A DNA stretch of 63,593 nucleotides, filler included, from Nitrospinota bacterium (lineage in GTDB: Bacteria; JAUXIQ01): NCBI GenBank assembly GCA_030620925.1. It is 8 parts of 8 records of this genome, joined end to end, with 100 filler letters (N's around TTAATTAATTAA, not from the genome) between each part and the next. Parts side by side here need not be neighbours in the genome. Positions count along the whole stretch, not along the records: positions 49,788 to 57,562 come from JAUXIQ010000081.1; positions 57,663 to 63,593 come from JAUXIQ010000145.1; 6 more parts are not named here. One strand, 5' to 3'. The position numbers were made by a program, and so were the translations under genes. Position 1 is the stretch's first letter, and every line of letters starts with the position of its first letter. Below, piece by piece: positions 53,082 through 63,593 of this stretch. The notes under the pieces were generated by a model. The model had not been told where the DNA came from, searched no databases, and saw only the letters and a program-made list of their open reading frames with translations.

Positions 53082-54080
53082 TCACCGTGCTTCAAGTCCC
53101 CAGTCCAGCCCTTCGCGGGGGTTGTGCGGGTATTCCAACTGGAGCGCTTCGAGCCGGGATCGCTCATTGAGGTCCATCGTCTCCGGCAGGATTACTTTTA
53201 TCACCACGAACTGATGGCCCCGCTCCTTCTTCCTCCTCGATTTGACCCCTTTGCCTTTGAGGCGCAGCTTCTGGCCGTTCTGAACTCCGGGAGGAACCGT
53301 GAGCACTACCCAGCCGTCCATAGTGGGAACATCAATTTTGGCCCCCAAACATGCTTCATAATAAGAAATGGGAAGCTCCATTAAAAGGTCGCTTCCCTGT
53401 CGCCAAAAATATTCATGAGGTTCGATTGTCGGGGTCAAATAAAGGTCCCCTTTTGGGTTACCCTCTCCTCCCGGCATCCCCTTCCCCTTAACTCGTATCT
53501 TCCTGTCCGAATCGGTGCCCGCCGGCACCCTCACCCTCATCTCCTCGGTTATCTTTTCGAAACCGCTGCCGCCGCACAGGATGCACGACTCGTTGACCTC
53601 AAATATATTCTTAGAATCAGAGCAGTTAGCGCACGGAACCCGCCGCTCAACTTTAACGTCTTTCACCGAACCCTTAACCGCTTCCAACAGGGTCAGCTCC
53701 AGGGTTTGCTCCAGATCCCTGCCGCCGGCGAACCGGTGTTCATCTTCTTCCACACCGCTCAGTATCTCATCCAGAATATCCGTTTCTTCTTCGAGGGAAC
53801 CGGCATCTTCAATCCCTGTATCTTCACCCCCCTGTTCGCTCTTCAGCCCGGCAACATAGGCGGCGTGGCCAAGCCTGTCGTATTTTTTCCTGTCCTTAGC
53901 ATCAGACAACACACCGTAGGCTTCGGTTATGGCGTGATATCTACCCGCTAACTCCTCGTCTTCCGGGTTTACGTCGGGATGATATTTCCGGGCCAGCTTG
54001 GCATAGGCCTTTTTGACATCCGCCCTGGAGGCTTTCTTACTAAGACCCAGGAGCTTATAGTAATCCACCTTTTCAGGCAT
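53082..54080 (-). CDS. DnaJ-class co-chaperone (CbpA-like)
   Basis: J domain with HPD, only two CxxC motifs, DnaJ C-terminal domain. Confidence 0.9.
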   Translation of the reverse strand: MPEKVDYYKLLGLSKKASRADVKKAYAKLARKYHPDVNPEDEELAGRYHAITEAYGVLSDAKDRKKYDRLGHAAYVAGLKSEQGGEDTGIEDAGSLEEETDILDEILSGVEEDEHRFAGGRDLEQTLELTLLEAVKGSVKDVKVERRVPCANCSDSKNIFEVNESCILCGGSGFEKITEEMRVRVPAGTDSDRKIRVKGKGMPGGEGNPKGDLYLTPTIEPHEYFWRQGSDLLMELPISYYEACLGAKIDVPTMDGWVVLTVPPGVQNGQKLRLKGKGVKSRRKKERGHQFVVIKVILPETMDLNERSRLEALQLEYPHNPREGLDWGLEAR

Positions 54081-54156
54081 ATCTCATCCCGCTCATTCGG
54101 GTTCTCTAAAGAGTGGATCACGGAGAAGGCATATCCCCCGCGCTTATTACATATTG

Positions 54157-54603
54157 TTACTGAATATCCACGGTTATCTGCCGAGATTTCGCAACCTCTT
54201 TTTTGGGAACGACCACCGTCAGAACGCCATTCTTGAGCTTTGCGCTCACCTTCTCTTGCTCGATTTCGACAGGCAGGGCGAAAACACGGTGGAAATCCCC
54301 TGAAGAGCGCTCTTGCCTGAGAAAAATCTCCGATGGAGCATCTTCCTGCGGAGCCCTGCTGCCCTTAATGTGCAGACTTCCGTCCTTTACTTCCACTTCC
54401 ACCTCTTGCAGGGACACCCCGGGGAGATCAGCCTCCAGCATGAAAGAATCCTCTTTCTCACATATATCCACAGGGGGCTCCGACCCAGAAGAAGCCCTCT
54501 CCCTGCTGCTGATACCTGTAATAGAATCATCCAACAGTTTATTCATCCTCTCCTGCATGGAGAGAAGATCACCCATCAAACCCCATCGTCTCGTAGGCGC
54601 CAT
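54157..54603 (-). CDS. Hsp20 small heat-shock protein
   Basis: PPVDI..ADLPGV..AKLKNGVLTV. Confidence 0.93.
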   Translation of the reverse strand: MAPTRRWGLMGDLLSMQERMNKLLDDSITGISSRERASSGSEPPVDICEKEDSFMLEADLPGVSLQEVEVEVKDGSLHIKGSRAPQEDAPSEIFLRQERSSGDFHRVFALPVEIEQEKVSAKLKNGVLTVVVPKKEVAKSRQITVDIQ

Positions 54604-54642
54604 TACCCCGTCTCCCTGGGAAATAAGTAAGCAAACCGACTT

Positions 54643-56553
54643 TTACTTATCCTTCTCTACATCCTCGAACTCAGCGTCCACCACGTTATCATCGGCCTTT
54701 GCGGAGGATGAGTCGTCTTGCGGCTGTTCGGGTCCCGCTGCGTCGGCACCGGCTCCCGTCTGCTGGTACATGACTTCGGCTATCTTATGAGAGGCCTGCA
54801 GCAAACGTTCTTTGGCCTCGTTCATGGTCTGAGTATCTTCGCTCTCCAGGGCTTTTCGGGCTTCTCCTAAAGCCGTCTCAACTTCCCGCACGCTGTCTTC
54901 GGGAATCTGGTCCTTGTTCTCGTTGAGCGTCTTTTCGGTAACGTAGATGGTGGAGTCGAGCTCGTTGCGGGCATCCACCGCCTCCCTGTGCTTCTTGTCC
55001 TCCTGGGCATGGGATTCGGCTTCGTTGACCATTCTGTTCACTTCTTCGTCGCTGAGCCTGCTGGAAGCTTCTATGGTAATGTTCTGCTCCTTGTTCGTCC
55101 CCATGTCTTTTGCAGAAACGTTTACGATACCGTTGGCGTCTATATCAAAAGTTACCTCTATCTGCGGCATTCCCCGCGGGGCGGAAGGGATGCCTACCAG
55201 ATGGACTTTGCCCAGTGTCCGATTATCCGAAGCCATAGGCCTCTCACCCTGCAGCACGTGAATCTCCACGCTGGTCTGGTTGTCGGCGGCGGTGGAAAAA
55301 ATCTGGCTCTTCCTGGTGGGTATGGTGGAGTTTCGCTCAATGAGTGCGGTTGCCACGTTGCCCAGGGTCTCGATACCCAGGGAGAGGGGCGTAACGTCCA
55401 GCAGCAGGACGTCTTTAACATCCCCCGCCAGGACACCGGCCTGTATGGCCGCACCAACGGCCACCACCTCGTCAGGGTTCACACCTTTGTGGGGCTCTTT
55501 GCCGAAAAGTTCCTTTACCAGTTCCTGAACCTTGGGTATCCTGGTGGACCCTCCCACCATCACAATCTGATCTATATCCGAAGGCGAGACATCAGCGTCC
55601 TTGATAGCCGACCTGCAGGGTTCCAGCGTTTTCTCCAGGAGGTCCATGACCAGTTGTTCGAACTTGGCCCTGGTGAGCTTCATGTTGAGATGCCTGGGGC
55701 CTGAAGAGTCGGCAGTGACGAAGGGCAGGTTTATATCCGTTTCGGAGGTGGTGGAAAGCTCCATTTTGGCCTTCTCCGCCGCCTCTTTAAGCCTCTGGAG
55801 AGCCATTTTATCCTTGCTAAGGTCTATACCCTGGTCCTTCTTGAATTCAGCTATCATCCAGTTGATTACCCGCTGGTCGAGGTTGTCGCCTCCCAGGTGG
55901 GTGTCGCCGTTGGTGGCCTTGACTTCCACCACGTTGTCTCCCACCTCCAGGATGGATATATCGAACGTGCCGCCGCCGAAATCGAAAACGGCGATAGTCT
56001 CATCCTTTTTCTTATCCAGTCCATAGGCGAGCGCCGCCGCCGTCGGCTCGTTAATAATGCGCTTTACGTCCAATCCGGCGATGCGGCCCGCGTCCTTAGT
56101 CGCTTGACGCTGGCTATCGTTGAAATATGCGGGGACGGTTATCACCGCGTCGGTTATCGTCTCGCCGAGATACTCCTCAGCGGCCTGCTTCAACTTCTGA
56201 AGTATCATGGCTGATATTTCAGGAGGTGAATATTCCTTATCCCCCACCTTCACCTTGGCGTCACCGTTAGATGCCTCTATGGCCTTAAAAGGAACCATGG
56301 TTATCTCTTCAGGGACTTCCATGAACCTCCGCCCCATAAACCTTTTAATGGAATAGACGGTATTCTCGGGATTGGTTATGGCCTGGCGCTTCGCCACCTG
56401 CCCTACCAGCCTCTCACCCTCTTTGGTGAAAGCGACCACCGAGGGGGTGGTACGCCCTCCTTCCGGATTGGTTATAATCGTGGCGTCTCCACCTTCCATA
56501 ACGGCCACTGCGGAGTTGGTGGTGCCAAGGTCTATGCCAATCATCTTACCCAT
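54643..56553 (-). CDS. dnaK: chaperone DnaK
   Basis: [31 protein letters not shown] and [13 protein letters not shown]. Confidence 0.98.
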   Translation of the reverse strand: MGKMIGIDLGTTNSAVAVMEGGDATIITNPEGGRTTPSVVAFTKEGERLVGQVAKRQAITNPENTVYSIKRFMGRRFMEVPEEITMVPFKAIEASNGDAKVKVGDKEYSPPEISAMILQKLKQAAEEYLGETITDAVITVPAYFNDSQRQATKDAGRIAGLDVKRIINEPTAAALAYGLDKKKDETIAVFDFGGGTFDISILEVGDNVVEVKATNGDTHLGGDNLDQRVINWMIAEFKKDQGIDLSKDKMALQRLKEAAEKAKMELSTTSETDINLPFVTADSSGPRHLNMKLTRAKFEQLVMDLLEKTLEPCRSAIKDADVSPSDIDQIVMVGGSTRIPKVQELVKELFGKEPHKGVNPDEVVAVGAAIQAGVLAGDVKDVLLLDVTPLSLGIETLGNVATALIERNSTIPTRKSQIFSTAADNQTSVEIHVLQGERPMASDNRTLGKVHLVGIPSAPRGMPQIEVTFDIDANGIVNVSAKDMGTNKEQNITIEASSRLSDEEVNRMVNEAESHAQEDKKHREAVDARNELDSTIYVTEKTLNENKDQIPEDSVREVETALGEARKALESEDTQTMNEAKERLLQASHKIAEVMYQQTGAGADAAGPEQPQDDSSSAKADDNVVDAEFEDVEKDK

Positions 56554-56607
56554 TTGAATCCTCCTTAACGCATTTATAGCATTAGATACAAAAGTGAGTT
56601 CATCAGA

Positions 56608-56637
56608 AATATAATACTTGAGTGTGATTATGTCAAC
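56608..56637 (-). promoter_or_regulatory. dnaK sigma70 promoter overlapped by a HAIR-like (HspR) operator
   Basis: minus strand TTGACA-17-TATATT; CTTGAGT-N7-TGTCAAC at 56617-56637 vs consensus CTTGAGT-N7-ACTCAAG. Confidence 0.65.
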
Positions 56638-56801
56638 ATATTTTCCAATCTCATGCTACCTTTTATTATAACATACTTAAATCGTGGAAAACCCTATTTT
56701 TTAAGGTAAAAACGCCTCTATGAGGAAATGTTTTGACTGCTTTAAACTTCTGAGGGTCTAATTAAGGAACATGGAGAATATAAAAACGTCATTCCGGGAT
56801 T

Positions 56802-57562
56802 TCAGATAATGCGCTGCTCCCGGAGGTAGCTGCGAAGCGATTCCGCCTCCTGGAAACAGACGGGATAGTCTAACACCGGCCTCTTCACCACCACCAGGTG
56901 GATGCCCAGCTCCTGCACGGCTTCCGCCTTTTCTCCAAGGCCACCCTCTTCGCCGCTTTCCTTTGCAACTACCACATCTACATTCAGCTCGCTCCACAGG
57001 ACGGCGTTCATACGAGTGGAAAAAGGTCCTTTCATGGCGATGATGTCGTCCGGCTCGATACCTGCCTGCAAGCATCTCTCCATCGACTTCGCGGAAGGCA
57101 GCACGCGGGCGATGAGCTTTCGGCCTTTCTCGCCGGTCATCCGGCAGAAGACTTCCAGGTCTTTGGTACCCGTGGAAAGGAATATCGTCTCCCCCAAACA
57201 GCAGGATAGACGGGCCGCCGCTTCAACATTTTCCACGCAGTGAACTAAGTCCGACTGGGGAAGAGGCAACCCCTTGCGCTCGAACCGTATATAAGGTATC
57301 GCCGCTTCCCGACACGCCTTCATGGCGTTAGAGGAAGCCTCCGCCGCGAAGGGATGGGTGGCATCCACCAGACAGCTTACGCCTTCGGAACGGATCAAAC
57401 CAACCATCAGCTCCTTGTCCAGCCTCCCCTGCCGCATCTCCACCCTGTTATCGGAATCCAGAGGGTAAGGGTAGTCGGTGGCGGTGGTGACCAGCACCCT
57501 ATCAACATCTTTCAACAGCGCGGAGAGCACCTCTCGCGCCTCGCTGCTGCCCGCCATGAGCA
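56802..57562 (-). CDS. cobK: precorrin-6A/cobalt-precorrin-6A reductase, 5' truncated
   Basis: VDATHPFA, YIRFER, AMKGPFS and KESG. Confidence 0.9.
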
Positions 57563-57662
57563 NNNNNNNNNNNNNNNNNNNNNNNNNNNNNNNNNNNNNN
57601 NNNNNNTTAATTAATTAANNNNNNNNNNNNNNNNNNNNNNNNNNNNNNNNNNNNNNNNNNNN
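57563..57662. other. artificial contig linker
   Basis: N-TTAATTAATTAA-N. Confidence 0.98.
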
Positions 57663-58189
57663 CCTTCCATCTCCAGAAGCCCTATTTTCATGGGTATTCC
57701 CATGCCGTAACCGCCCATTGAGCCGTCCGCTCTGACTACCCTGTGGCAGGGGACTATAAAGGGGAGCGGGTTTTTCCCGTTGGCCGTGCCCACGGCTCTG
57801 GCGGAGGGTGTTCCGATAAGGCCGGCCAGTCTGCTGTAGGTGCTGACGCCGCCGTGAGGGATGTTGAGAACTTCCTCCCATACCTTTCGCTGAAAGTCGG
57901 TGCCGGTGTTTAAGTCAATTGGTGCGGGAAAGGGGGATTTACCGCCCTGGAAGAATTCTCCGAGCCATGCTATGGCCTGAGGGAAAGGGAAGTCATTATA
58001 TATGACTCGGCCGTTTGATTGATCTATGAGTTTTCTGACGGCGCCATCACGGAGGGTTCTGTTAAACTCCAGCCAGAATACTCCCCTTTCACTTGCAGCG
58101 AGGAGGTATTTCCCGTACTGGGAACCGCCCTCTGCCAGGAAAACCCTTCCCGGGCGGAGTTTCAATGCTCGGATCAGGGGGAAGCTCAT
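57663..58189 (-). CDS. ogt: methylated-DNA-protein-cysteine methyltransferase, 3' truncated
   Basis: GTDFQRKVW, ARAVG and PCHRV; ATGA overlap with the upstream gene. Confidence 0.92.
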
Positions 58190-59112
58190 CTCCTCAACCG
58201 GTTTGCGTTCTTCTCTTTGTACTGATGATAAGCGGATAGAAGGTAGAAAGCGGCGCAGCCTTTGTATTCGCCCCACGCCTTTGCACGCTTGCGCACCTCC
58301 CTGCCGGAAACCTGTTTCTTGTATTTATAGAAATGTGTTACGGCATTTCTTATGCCTATATCGTCCGCCGGTATGACTCCCCAGCGACCCATTCCCCGCA
58401 GAAGCACATACTCAGCCGTCCATCTTCCCACCCCTTTTATTTTCATCAAATATTCCAGAGCATCTTCTTGATTCATCCGCTCCAGGCCCTTCAAGTCTAT
58501 ATCCCCTTTAATCACGGCGCGAGTGAGGCCGATTATATATTCGGCTTTGCGGCGGGAGAATTGCATATCACGCAGCTCATCCTGAGATATGGAGGAAAGC
58601 TCTTTGGGGGTCGGAAAACCATAGTATTTGCGGCTATTATAGCGGAACTTGACGCCGCATTTTATTACCAGCCTGGCCTTGAGAGAGTAGATAAAGGAGA
58701 GGTTCATCTGCTGCCCGGTGATGGCCCATATCAGAGCTTCGTAGATGGAAGGTGTGACTGGGGGTTTGAATCCGTAATTCCTTTTGCTCAATTTGTTGAG
58801 CACCTCGTCTCCCGAGATCTCACGATAGTAGGGCCTGATGTCTTGATTGAGTGAGAAGATGCGTTTTACTTTCTGCTCCACTTCCGACAATAAACGCGCG
58901 CTCCTGCAACCGGGTACATACAAATCCAATACGGGTTTAAGGACGGTTCCCACGGATTTCACGATTATAAGCAGGGGCCTGTCCTTAACCACCAGTACCC
59001 TTTGATAGACGTTGTCATTACACAGGTCTACTATTTCTTTATCCGACCTGGAGAAATAATCTAGAGTAGATTTAAAATTTAAAGGTGTATCGATATTAAT
59101 GATTGTTTTCAT
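58186..59112 (-). CDS. alkA: DNA-3-methyladenine glycosylase II (AlkA-like, HhH-GPD)
   Basis: AITGQQ, FPTP, IKGVGRWTAEY and PADDIG. Confidence 0.88.
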   Translation of the reverse strand: MKTIINIDTPLNFKSTLDYFSRSDKEIVDLCNDNVYQRVLVVKDRPLLIIVKSVGTVLKPVLDLYVPGCRSARLLSEVEQKVKRIFSLNQDIRPYYREISGDEVLNKLSKRNYGFKPPVTPSIYEALIWAITGQQMNLSFIYSLKARLVIKCGVKFRYNSRKYYGFPTPKELSSISQDELRDMQFSRRKAEYIIGLTRAVIKGDIDLKGLERMNQEDALEYLMKIKGVGRWTAEYVLLRGMGRWGVIPADDIGIRNAVTHFYKYKKQVSGREVRKRAKAWGEYKGCAAFYLLSAYHQYKEKNANRLRR

Positions 59113-59377
59113 TCTGCGGCACGATGGACCAGAGGTGAAAATTAGTATTTGAGTGATAGGGCACAATGAAACATTGGTGTTAGTTTCAGCTATCAATTTT
59201 CCATAAGAGCTTACATCAGAGTTGTTTATATTTCAACAATATATTAGTGTTTTCATGAGTCGGCGTTTTATCGCTGGAGACGGCATTTTGTTGCCACGGA
59301 AATGGGAAGCGTCTATAATCGGTAAGGAAGCACAGACGATCTGTTGCCGTTCAAGGTGAGATAGGGTATGAGAGTTA

Positions 59378-60019
59378 ATGGACATGTTTAAACTCTGCGT
59401 CATTACGGACAGGAGATTGGCGGGTGATCGCTCGACTCCAGAGGTGGTGGAGGAAGCCATCCGGGGCGGTGCGGACGCCATTCAATTCCGGGATAAGGAA
59501 GCTACCTCCGGAGAACTTCTGCAAGAGGGTCTGCGCCTGCGGGAGCTTACCGCAGAAAAAGGGGTGCTTCTCATCGTAAACGACAGGCCCGATATAGCAC
59601 TGGCGGTGGATGCTGACGGAGTGCACCTGGGGCAGGAAGACCTTCCCGCCTTTGCGGCGAGAAGGCTTATGGGGCCTCGCAAGATTGTGGGGATATCGGC
59701 CAGCGATATCGCGCTGGCCCTCAAGGCTCAAGAGGAGGGCGCGGACTACGTGGGGATAGGCGCCATTTACCACACCACCACCAAACAGCTTACCGCGCCT
59801 CCCCGCGGCCCTGAATTCATCAGAGCTTTCAGCGGACGGTTGAACATCCCTTTCGTGCCCCTGGGAGGCATATCGGCGCAGAACGTGGAAGATGTCGTTC
59901 GGGCGGGCGCCCGCAGTATAGCCGTATGTTCTGCGGTGGTCTCGGCGCCGGACGTGGCCGAAGCCACCAGGGAGCTGAAGGGGAGGATGATGAAGGCCAT
60001 GGAAGATCAGCTCACCTGA
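59378..60019 (+). CDS. thiE: thiamine-phosphate synthase
   Basis: QFRDK, IVNDRPD, GVHLGQED and GADY. Confidence 0.95.
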   Translation: MDMFKLCVITDRRLAGDRSTPEVVEEAIRGGADAIQFRDKEATSGELLQEGLRLRELTAEKGVLLIVNDRPDIALAVDADGVHLGQEDLPAFAARRLMGPRKIVGISASDIALALKAQEEGADYVGIGAIYHTTTKQLTAPPRGPEFIRAFSGRLNIPFVPLGGISAQNVEDVVRAGARSIAVCSAVVSAPDVAEATRELKGRMMKAMEDQLT

Positions 60020-60022
60020 AAG

Positions 60023-60979
60023 CTAATGCTCTTGATCCTCCCTATTATTTCGCAAGACCTGAATGAATTTTTCATCCCGCTCCCTGATAATCCTGGCCAG
60101 CGCTTCTTCGGTATATTCGTATAGTCCGCTGCCCGTCTTGGCTCCCAGCTTGCCTTCCTTTACCAGTTTTTTGAGCAACCTGTTGGGTTTGGTTGACCTA
60201 TCATGCTCCTTGAACAGGTAGTCGGATACGGACACCACCGTGTCCAGGCCCGCCAGGTCCATTGTCTGTACCGGTCCGATGGCGGAATACCTGAACCCCG
60301 GCCCGTATTTCATGACCACATCTATGTCTTCCGGCTCCGCCACCTCATTTTCGAGGAGGTACAATATCTCTCTGAATATGGCCGACTGAAGTCTGTTCCC
60401 GATGAAGCCGGGGACGTCTTTTTTCACCACCACCGGTTTTTTCCCAAGCTTCTCGAGCAGTGTGTAAAGCGTCTTGACGGTCTGGTCGGTGGTGCTCTCG
60501 CCCCGCACTATTTCCACGAGGGGGACTATGTGAGGAGGGTTCCACCAGTGCATGCCGGCGACCCTGCCGGGGTGTGAGGTGCGCTCGGCTATTTCCGTGA
60601 TGCTGAGCCCCGAGGTGTCGGTGGTGAGCAGGGTTTCGGGAAGACTTATCTCTCCCAGGTTCTCGAACACCTCCTGCTTGAGCTCGAGCTGTTCGGGCAG
60701 GTTTTCGTTGACCAGGTCCACCCCGTCCACCGCCTCCACGAGGTCGGTGGTGGTGGAGATACGCCGCAAGGCTTCCCGTGCGGTTTCAGGGGAGAGGGCG
60801 TTGTTGGCTACCAGGGTCTCCTGATTATGTTCTATTTTCTTGATTGCGTTTTGTAAAGTTTCTTCGGTCCTGGAGTAGAGCCAGACTTCAAAGCCGGTCT
60901 GTGCGAAAATCTGGGCGATGCCGGAGCCCATGATCCCGGCACCAAGAACGGCTACACTACTTAACTCCTCTATATCCAT
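60023..60979 (-). CDS. 3-hydroxyacyl-CoA dehydrogenase
   Basis: GAGIMGSGIA, GMHWWNPP and PGFIGNRLQ. Confidence 0.93.
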   Translation of the reverse strand: MDIEELSSVAVLGAGIMGSGIAQIFAQTGFEVWLYSRTEETLQNAIKKIEHNQETLVANNALSPETAREALRRISTTTDLVEAVDGVDLVNENLPEQLELKQEVFENLGEISLPETLLTTDTSGLSITEIAERTSHPGRVAGMHWWNPPHIVPLVEIVRGESTTDQTVKTLYTLLEKLGKKPVVVKKDVPGFIGNRLQSAIFREILYLLENEVAEPEDIDVVMKYGPGFRYSAIGPVQTMDLAGLDTVVSVSDYLFKEHDRSTKPNRLLKKLVKEGKLGAKTGSGLYEYTEEALARIIRERDEKFIQVLRNNREDQEH

Positions 60980-61022
60980 AACTACCCCTCTTGTTCTTTG
61001 AACATTCAGGATTAATAGCGAG

Positions 61023-62480
61023 CTAGTCGATACCTACTATATCCCTCACCAGCCTCTTCTTATGCTCGATGTTGCTGAAGCGCCGGATCATTACCCGCTG
61101 CGCCTGGGGTGAGCCTGCGCCGTGGACCGACTCGGTGAGATAGGCCAGGGCGCCGCGCCCCAGGCAGGCGTTTTCGATGTATCGAAGTATCTTCAGCCTG
61201 TCCCGCGTGGGGACGCCGTCCACACCTTTGAAATATTTTTCCACCAGGTGTCCGACCTCCGGGCTGTGCAGGTCCTTACCCGAGGGTATGGTCACCATCG
61301 CGCCTCCTGCAACATCCTGAGCGATGCGGGCGATTTGGAAGGGCAATTCGGTGACGCTGAGCTTGCACACGTTGGCCAGCACGGGGTCCACCCAGTAGGC
61401 GCCGCTGGGCAGAGGCGCGGCTTCGCTCGCCGCTGAAAGACCTGCGGCGTACATGAGCTCGTTGAGATAGGTCATCTCCACTATCTTTTCCTTTATGTGG
61501 GAGACTTTTTCCGTCCCGTTGTATTCCGCAATGGAAGCCGTGGCGCCTATTATGGTGTCGCCCACGCCCACCTTGCAGCCGCCGTAGCTCATGCGGTGAT
61601 AGCAGGCGAAGCGTTCCACCAGCGGCCCCACAAACTCACATTCGTGCATCATGAATATCCGGTCGCGGGGGACGAAGATGTCGTCGAAGACGATGAGCGC
61701 CTCCTGTCCCCCATACTTGGGGTTTCCCTTGTCTATGTCGGACCCGTCACCGGTATCCAGGGATCGAAGGTCAGACGGCTGCCGCCCGTAAATGTAAACT
61801 ATCCCTTCGGTATCAGCGGGCACGGCGAACATGACCGCATACTGTTTATCCTCCTCTTTCAGCGCCATGGTGGGCATTACCAGAATCTCGTGCGAGTTGA
61901 GAGCGCCTGTCTGGTGAGCCTTGGCCCCGCGTACCACTATGCCTTCTTTGCGTTCTTCCACGATATGGAGGAAGAGGTCGGGGTCGGCCTGCTGGCCGGG
62001 GGACAGGCTGCGGTCTCCCTTGGGGTCGGTCATGGCGGCGTCGACTATCATGTCCTCCTGCTGAACCCTGGTGAGGAAGTTTCGGAAACGCTTATGGTAT
62101 TCGGTGCCTTGTTTCTGGTCGATGTCGTAGGTGCTGCTGTATACGGCGTTCATGGCGTCGAGACCGGCGCAGCGCTGAAAACATACCCCCGTCTTCTGGC
62201 CCATCAGTCGAAGCATCTTGACTTTTTTGGTGAGGTCTTCTTTGCTGTGCACTATGTGTGTGAACCTGTTGACGGTATCACCGGTGAGGGTGGATTTTGC
62301 AGTGAGCAGCTCCTTGTGCTCTGGGTCGTGGGCCAGTTCGTAGGTGAGGGCGGCGGCGTCCAGGGAGGGTCTCATGAGAGGGTGATCCACGCTGCTCTCC
62401 ACGCGCTCGCCCATGCAGTAAATTTTACGCTTAAGCTGGCGTATGCTGTCTATATATTCGTCAGACGTCTTGATGGGCAT
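61023..62480 (-). CDS. abfD: 4-hydroxybutyryl-CoA dehydratase
   Basis: CFQRC Fe-S motif, MTDPKGDRS, GAKAHQTG, YHR.SYGGCK and ESVHGAGSPQAQR. Confidence 0.88.
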   Translation of the reverse strand: MPIKTSDEYIDSIRQLKRKIYCMGERVESSVDHPLMRPSLDAAALTYELAHDPEHKELLTAKSTLTGDTVNRFTHIVHSKEDLTKKVKMLRLMGQKTGVCFQRCAGLDAMNAVYSSTYDIDQKQGTEYHKRFRNFLTRVQQEDMIVDAAMTDPKGDRSLSPGQQADPDLFLHIVEERKEGIVVRGAKAHQTGALNSHEILVMPTMALKEEDKQYAVMFAVPADTEGIVYIYGRQPSDLRSLDTGDGSDIDKGNPKYGGQEALIVFDDIFVPRDRIFMMHECEFVGPLVERFACYHRMSYGGCKVGVGDTIIGATASIAEYNGTEKVSHIKEKIVEMTYLNELMYAAGLSAASEAAPLPSGAYWVDPVLANVCKLSVTELPFQIARIAQDVAGGAMVTIPSGKDLHSPEVGHLVEKYFKGVDGVPTRDRLKILRYIENACLGRGALAYLTESVHGAGSPQAQRVMIRRFSNIEHKKRLVRDIVGID

Positions 62481-62559
62481 GGAGGGACCTCCTCGCTTTC
62501 AGGTTATGAAAAAAAGTCTTGCATTATTTGGTTACAAAAATTCACCCTTTCGGCCTGAC

Positions 62560-63593
62560 TCAGGGTTTTGTTGATGCGCCTGAAGTCAACGCCTCGAACC
62601 TTTCGTCCACTTCCTTTTGTATCACGGCTAAATGTTCGTCGGTGAGTTTAGAGAACCGGCCCTGGAGTTTCAGATATTCTTCTACGGGTTTCCGCTCTTT
62701 TGGGAGCCTGGATATGGTCCGCTCACCGTTTTCATATTCGTAGAGTACCCAGGAGCCGGTTTCGAAAGCGAGCCGGGATAGCTGAATGGAGATGGACGGA
62801 TCGAACTCCCAGCCGGTGGGGCAGGGGCACAAGACGTGAACGAACGCCGGCCCCTTTATGCTGTTTGCTTTTTCTATTTTTTTCACCAGGTCTCCGGGGA
62901 AACAGGGCAGCGCGGTAGCCACGTATATTCCGTGGGCTTCCATTATCCTGGCTATGTCTTTTTTGAACTCCTGTTTGCCTCCGGGAGTCGTTTTTGTCCG
63001 GGCCTGATAAGACGTGGTGCTGCTCCGCTGAACGCCGGTGTTCATGTAAGCTTCGTTGTCGTAGCAGACATAGGTTATGTCGTGACCCCGCTCGACGGCA
63101 CCCGACAGTGGCTGGAAGCCGATGTCCGCCAGGGCGCCGTCCCCGCCAAGGACCAGCACCTTGGTATCGCTGCCTTTCTGCTTGAAGGCCGCCTCCACGC
63201 CGCTTCCCGCCGAAGCGACGTTGGTGAAACAGAAATGCGCCGATGCCATGTTCCAACCCACCAGCGGGAACCCTGACGTAACCGTTTGCATGCATCCCGT
63301 GGCGTAGACGCACACGGCGTCGTCGCCCATGGCGTCTGCTATATGACGCAGGGCCAGCAGTGGCGCGCAGCCCTGGCAGGCGGTAGTGCCCGGCGCTATG
63401 TAGCTCTTAACGTCTTTGACGTCCTCCCTCTCAACTTCCTTCCCCTGGCAGATGGCCTGGTAGTTGTCCCATCCGCCGGCCTGTAAGACCTTATCGGGTA
63501 TATCCTCGATGTACCACTCCTCGAACTCGTCGTTCCTGTCCAGCCCCATGTCCACTATTTTCCTCACGTCTTCGTGGTAGAGCTCGGCGGAAG
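62560..63593 (-). CDS. porB: 2-oxoacid:ferredoxin oxidoreductase beta subunit, frame open to window edge
   Basis: ACQGC, ATGC, GGDG, YDNEAYMNTGVQRS and CPCPTGW. Confidence 0.88.
   Translation of the reverse strand, partial: SAELYHEDVRKIVDMGLDRNDEFEEWYIEDIPDKVLQAGGWDNYQAICQGKEVEREDVKDVKSYIAPGTTACQGCAPLLALRHIADAMGDDAVCVYATGCMQTVTSGFPLVGWNMASAHFCFTNVASAGSGVEAAFKQKGSDTKVLVLGGDGALADIGFQPLSGAVERGHDITYVCYDNEAYMNTGVQRSSTTSYQARTKTTPGGKQEFKKDIARIMEAHGIYVATALPCFPGDLVKKIEKANSIKGPAFVHVLCPCPTGWEFDPSISIQLSRLAFETGSWVLYEYENGERTISRLPKERKPVEEYLKLQGRFSKLTDEHLAVIQKEVDERFEALTSGASTKP

Noticed and set aside
59200-59377. Possible TPP riboswitch upstream of thiE
   Set aside because: No CTGAGA or other thi-box core motif found

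Overview
This window is not one locus. It is eight contigs of a draft bacterial genome or MAG, joined by seven artificial 100-nt N-TTAATTAATTAA-N linkers, so adjacency across a linker means nothing. Gene content suggests an anaerobic or facultative organism, perhaps deltaproteobacterial-like (inference only). Content: many acyl-CoA catabolic enzymes; Cu (CsoR-CopA) and SmtB/ArsR metal modules with visible operators; a dnaK-hsp20-J-htpX-grpE-dnaJ cluster with a HAIR-like operator; alkA-ogt, thiE, cobK, abfD and porB. Signals missed by the ORF track: (1) tRNA-Sec plus two likely UGA-recoded selenoproteins with SECIS-like hairpins, namely a UGSC-motif protein paired with an uncharacterised GWTDGLP-motif protein (best candidate for an undescribed selenoenzyme system) and a DsbA-fold protein (DYL-U-PFV); (2) a c-di-GMP-I riboswitch with terminator upstream of an orphan PilX-like gene that has a paralog on another contig; (3) an amidase whose middle is replaced by an O-methyltransferase preceded by an attC-like half site; (4) an FGE-sulfatase gene ending like a DGR variable region; (5) a frameshifted HEPN gene; (6) a DsrE-like gene apparently starting at ATT; (7) small FmdB and YHYH genes; (8) GTAG-type REP palindromes with nested insertions and compensatory changes.
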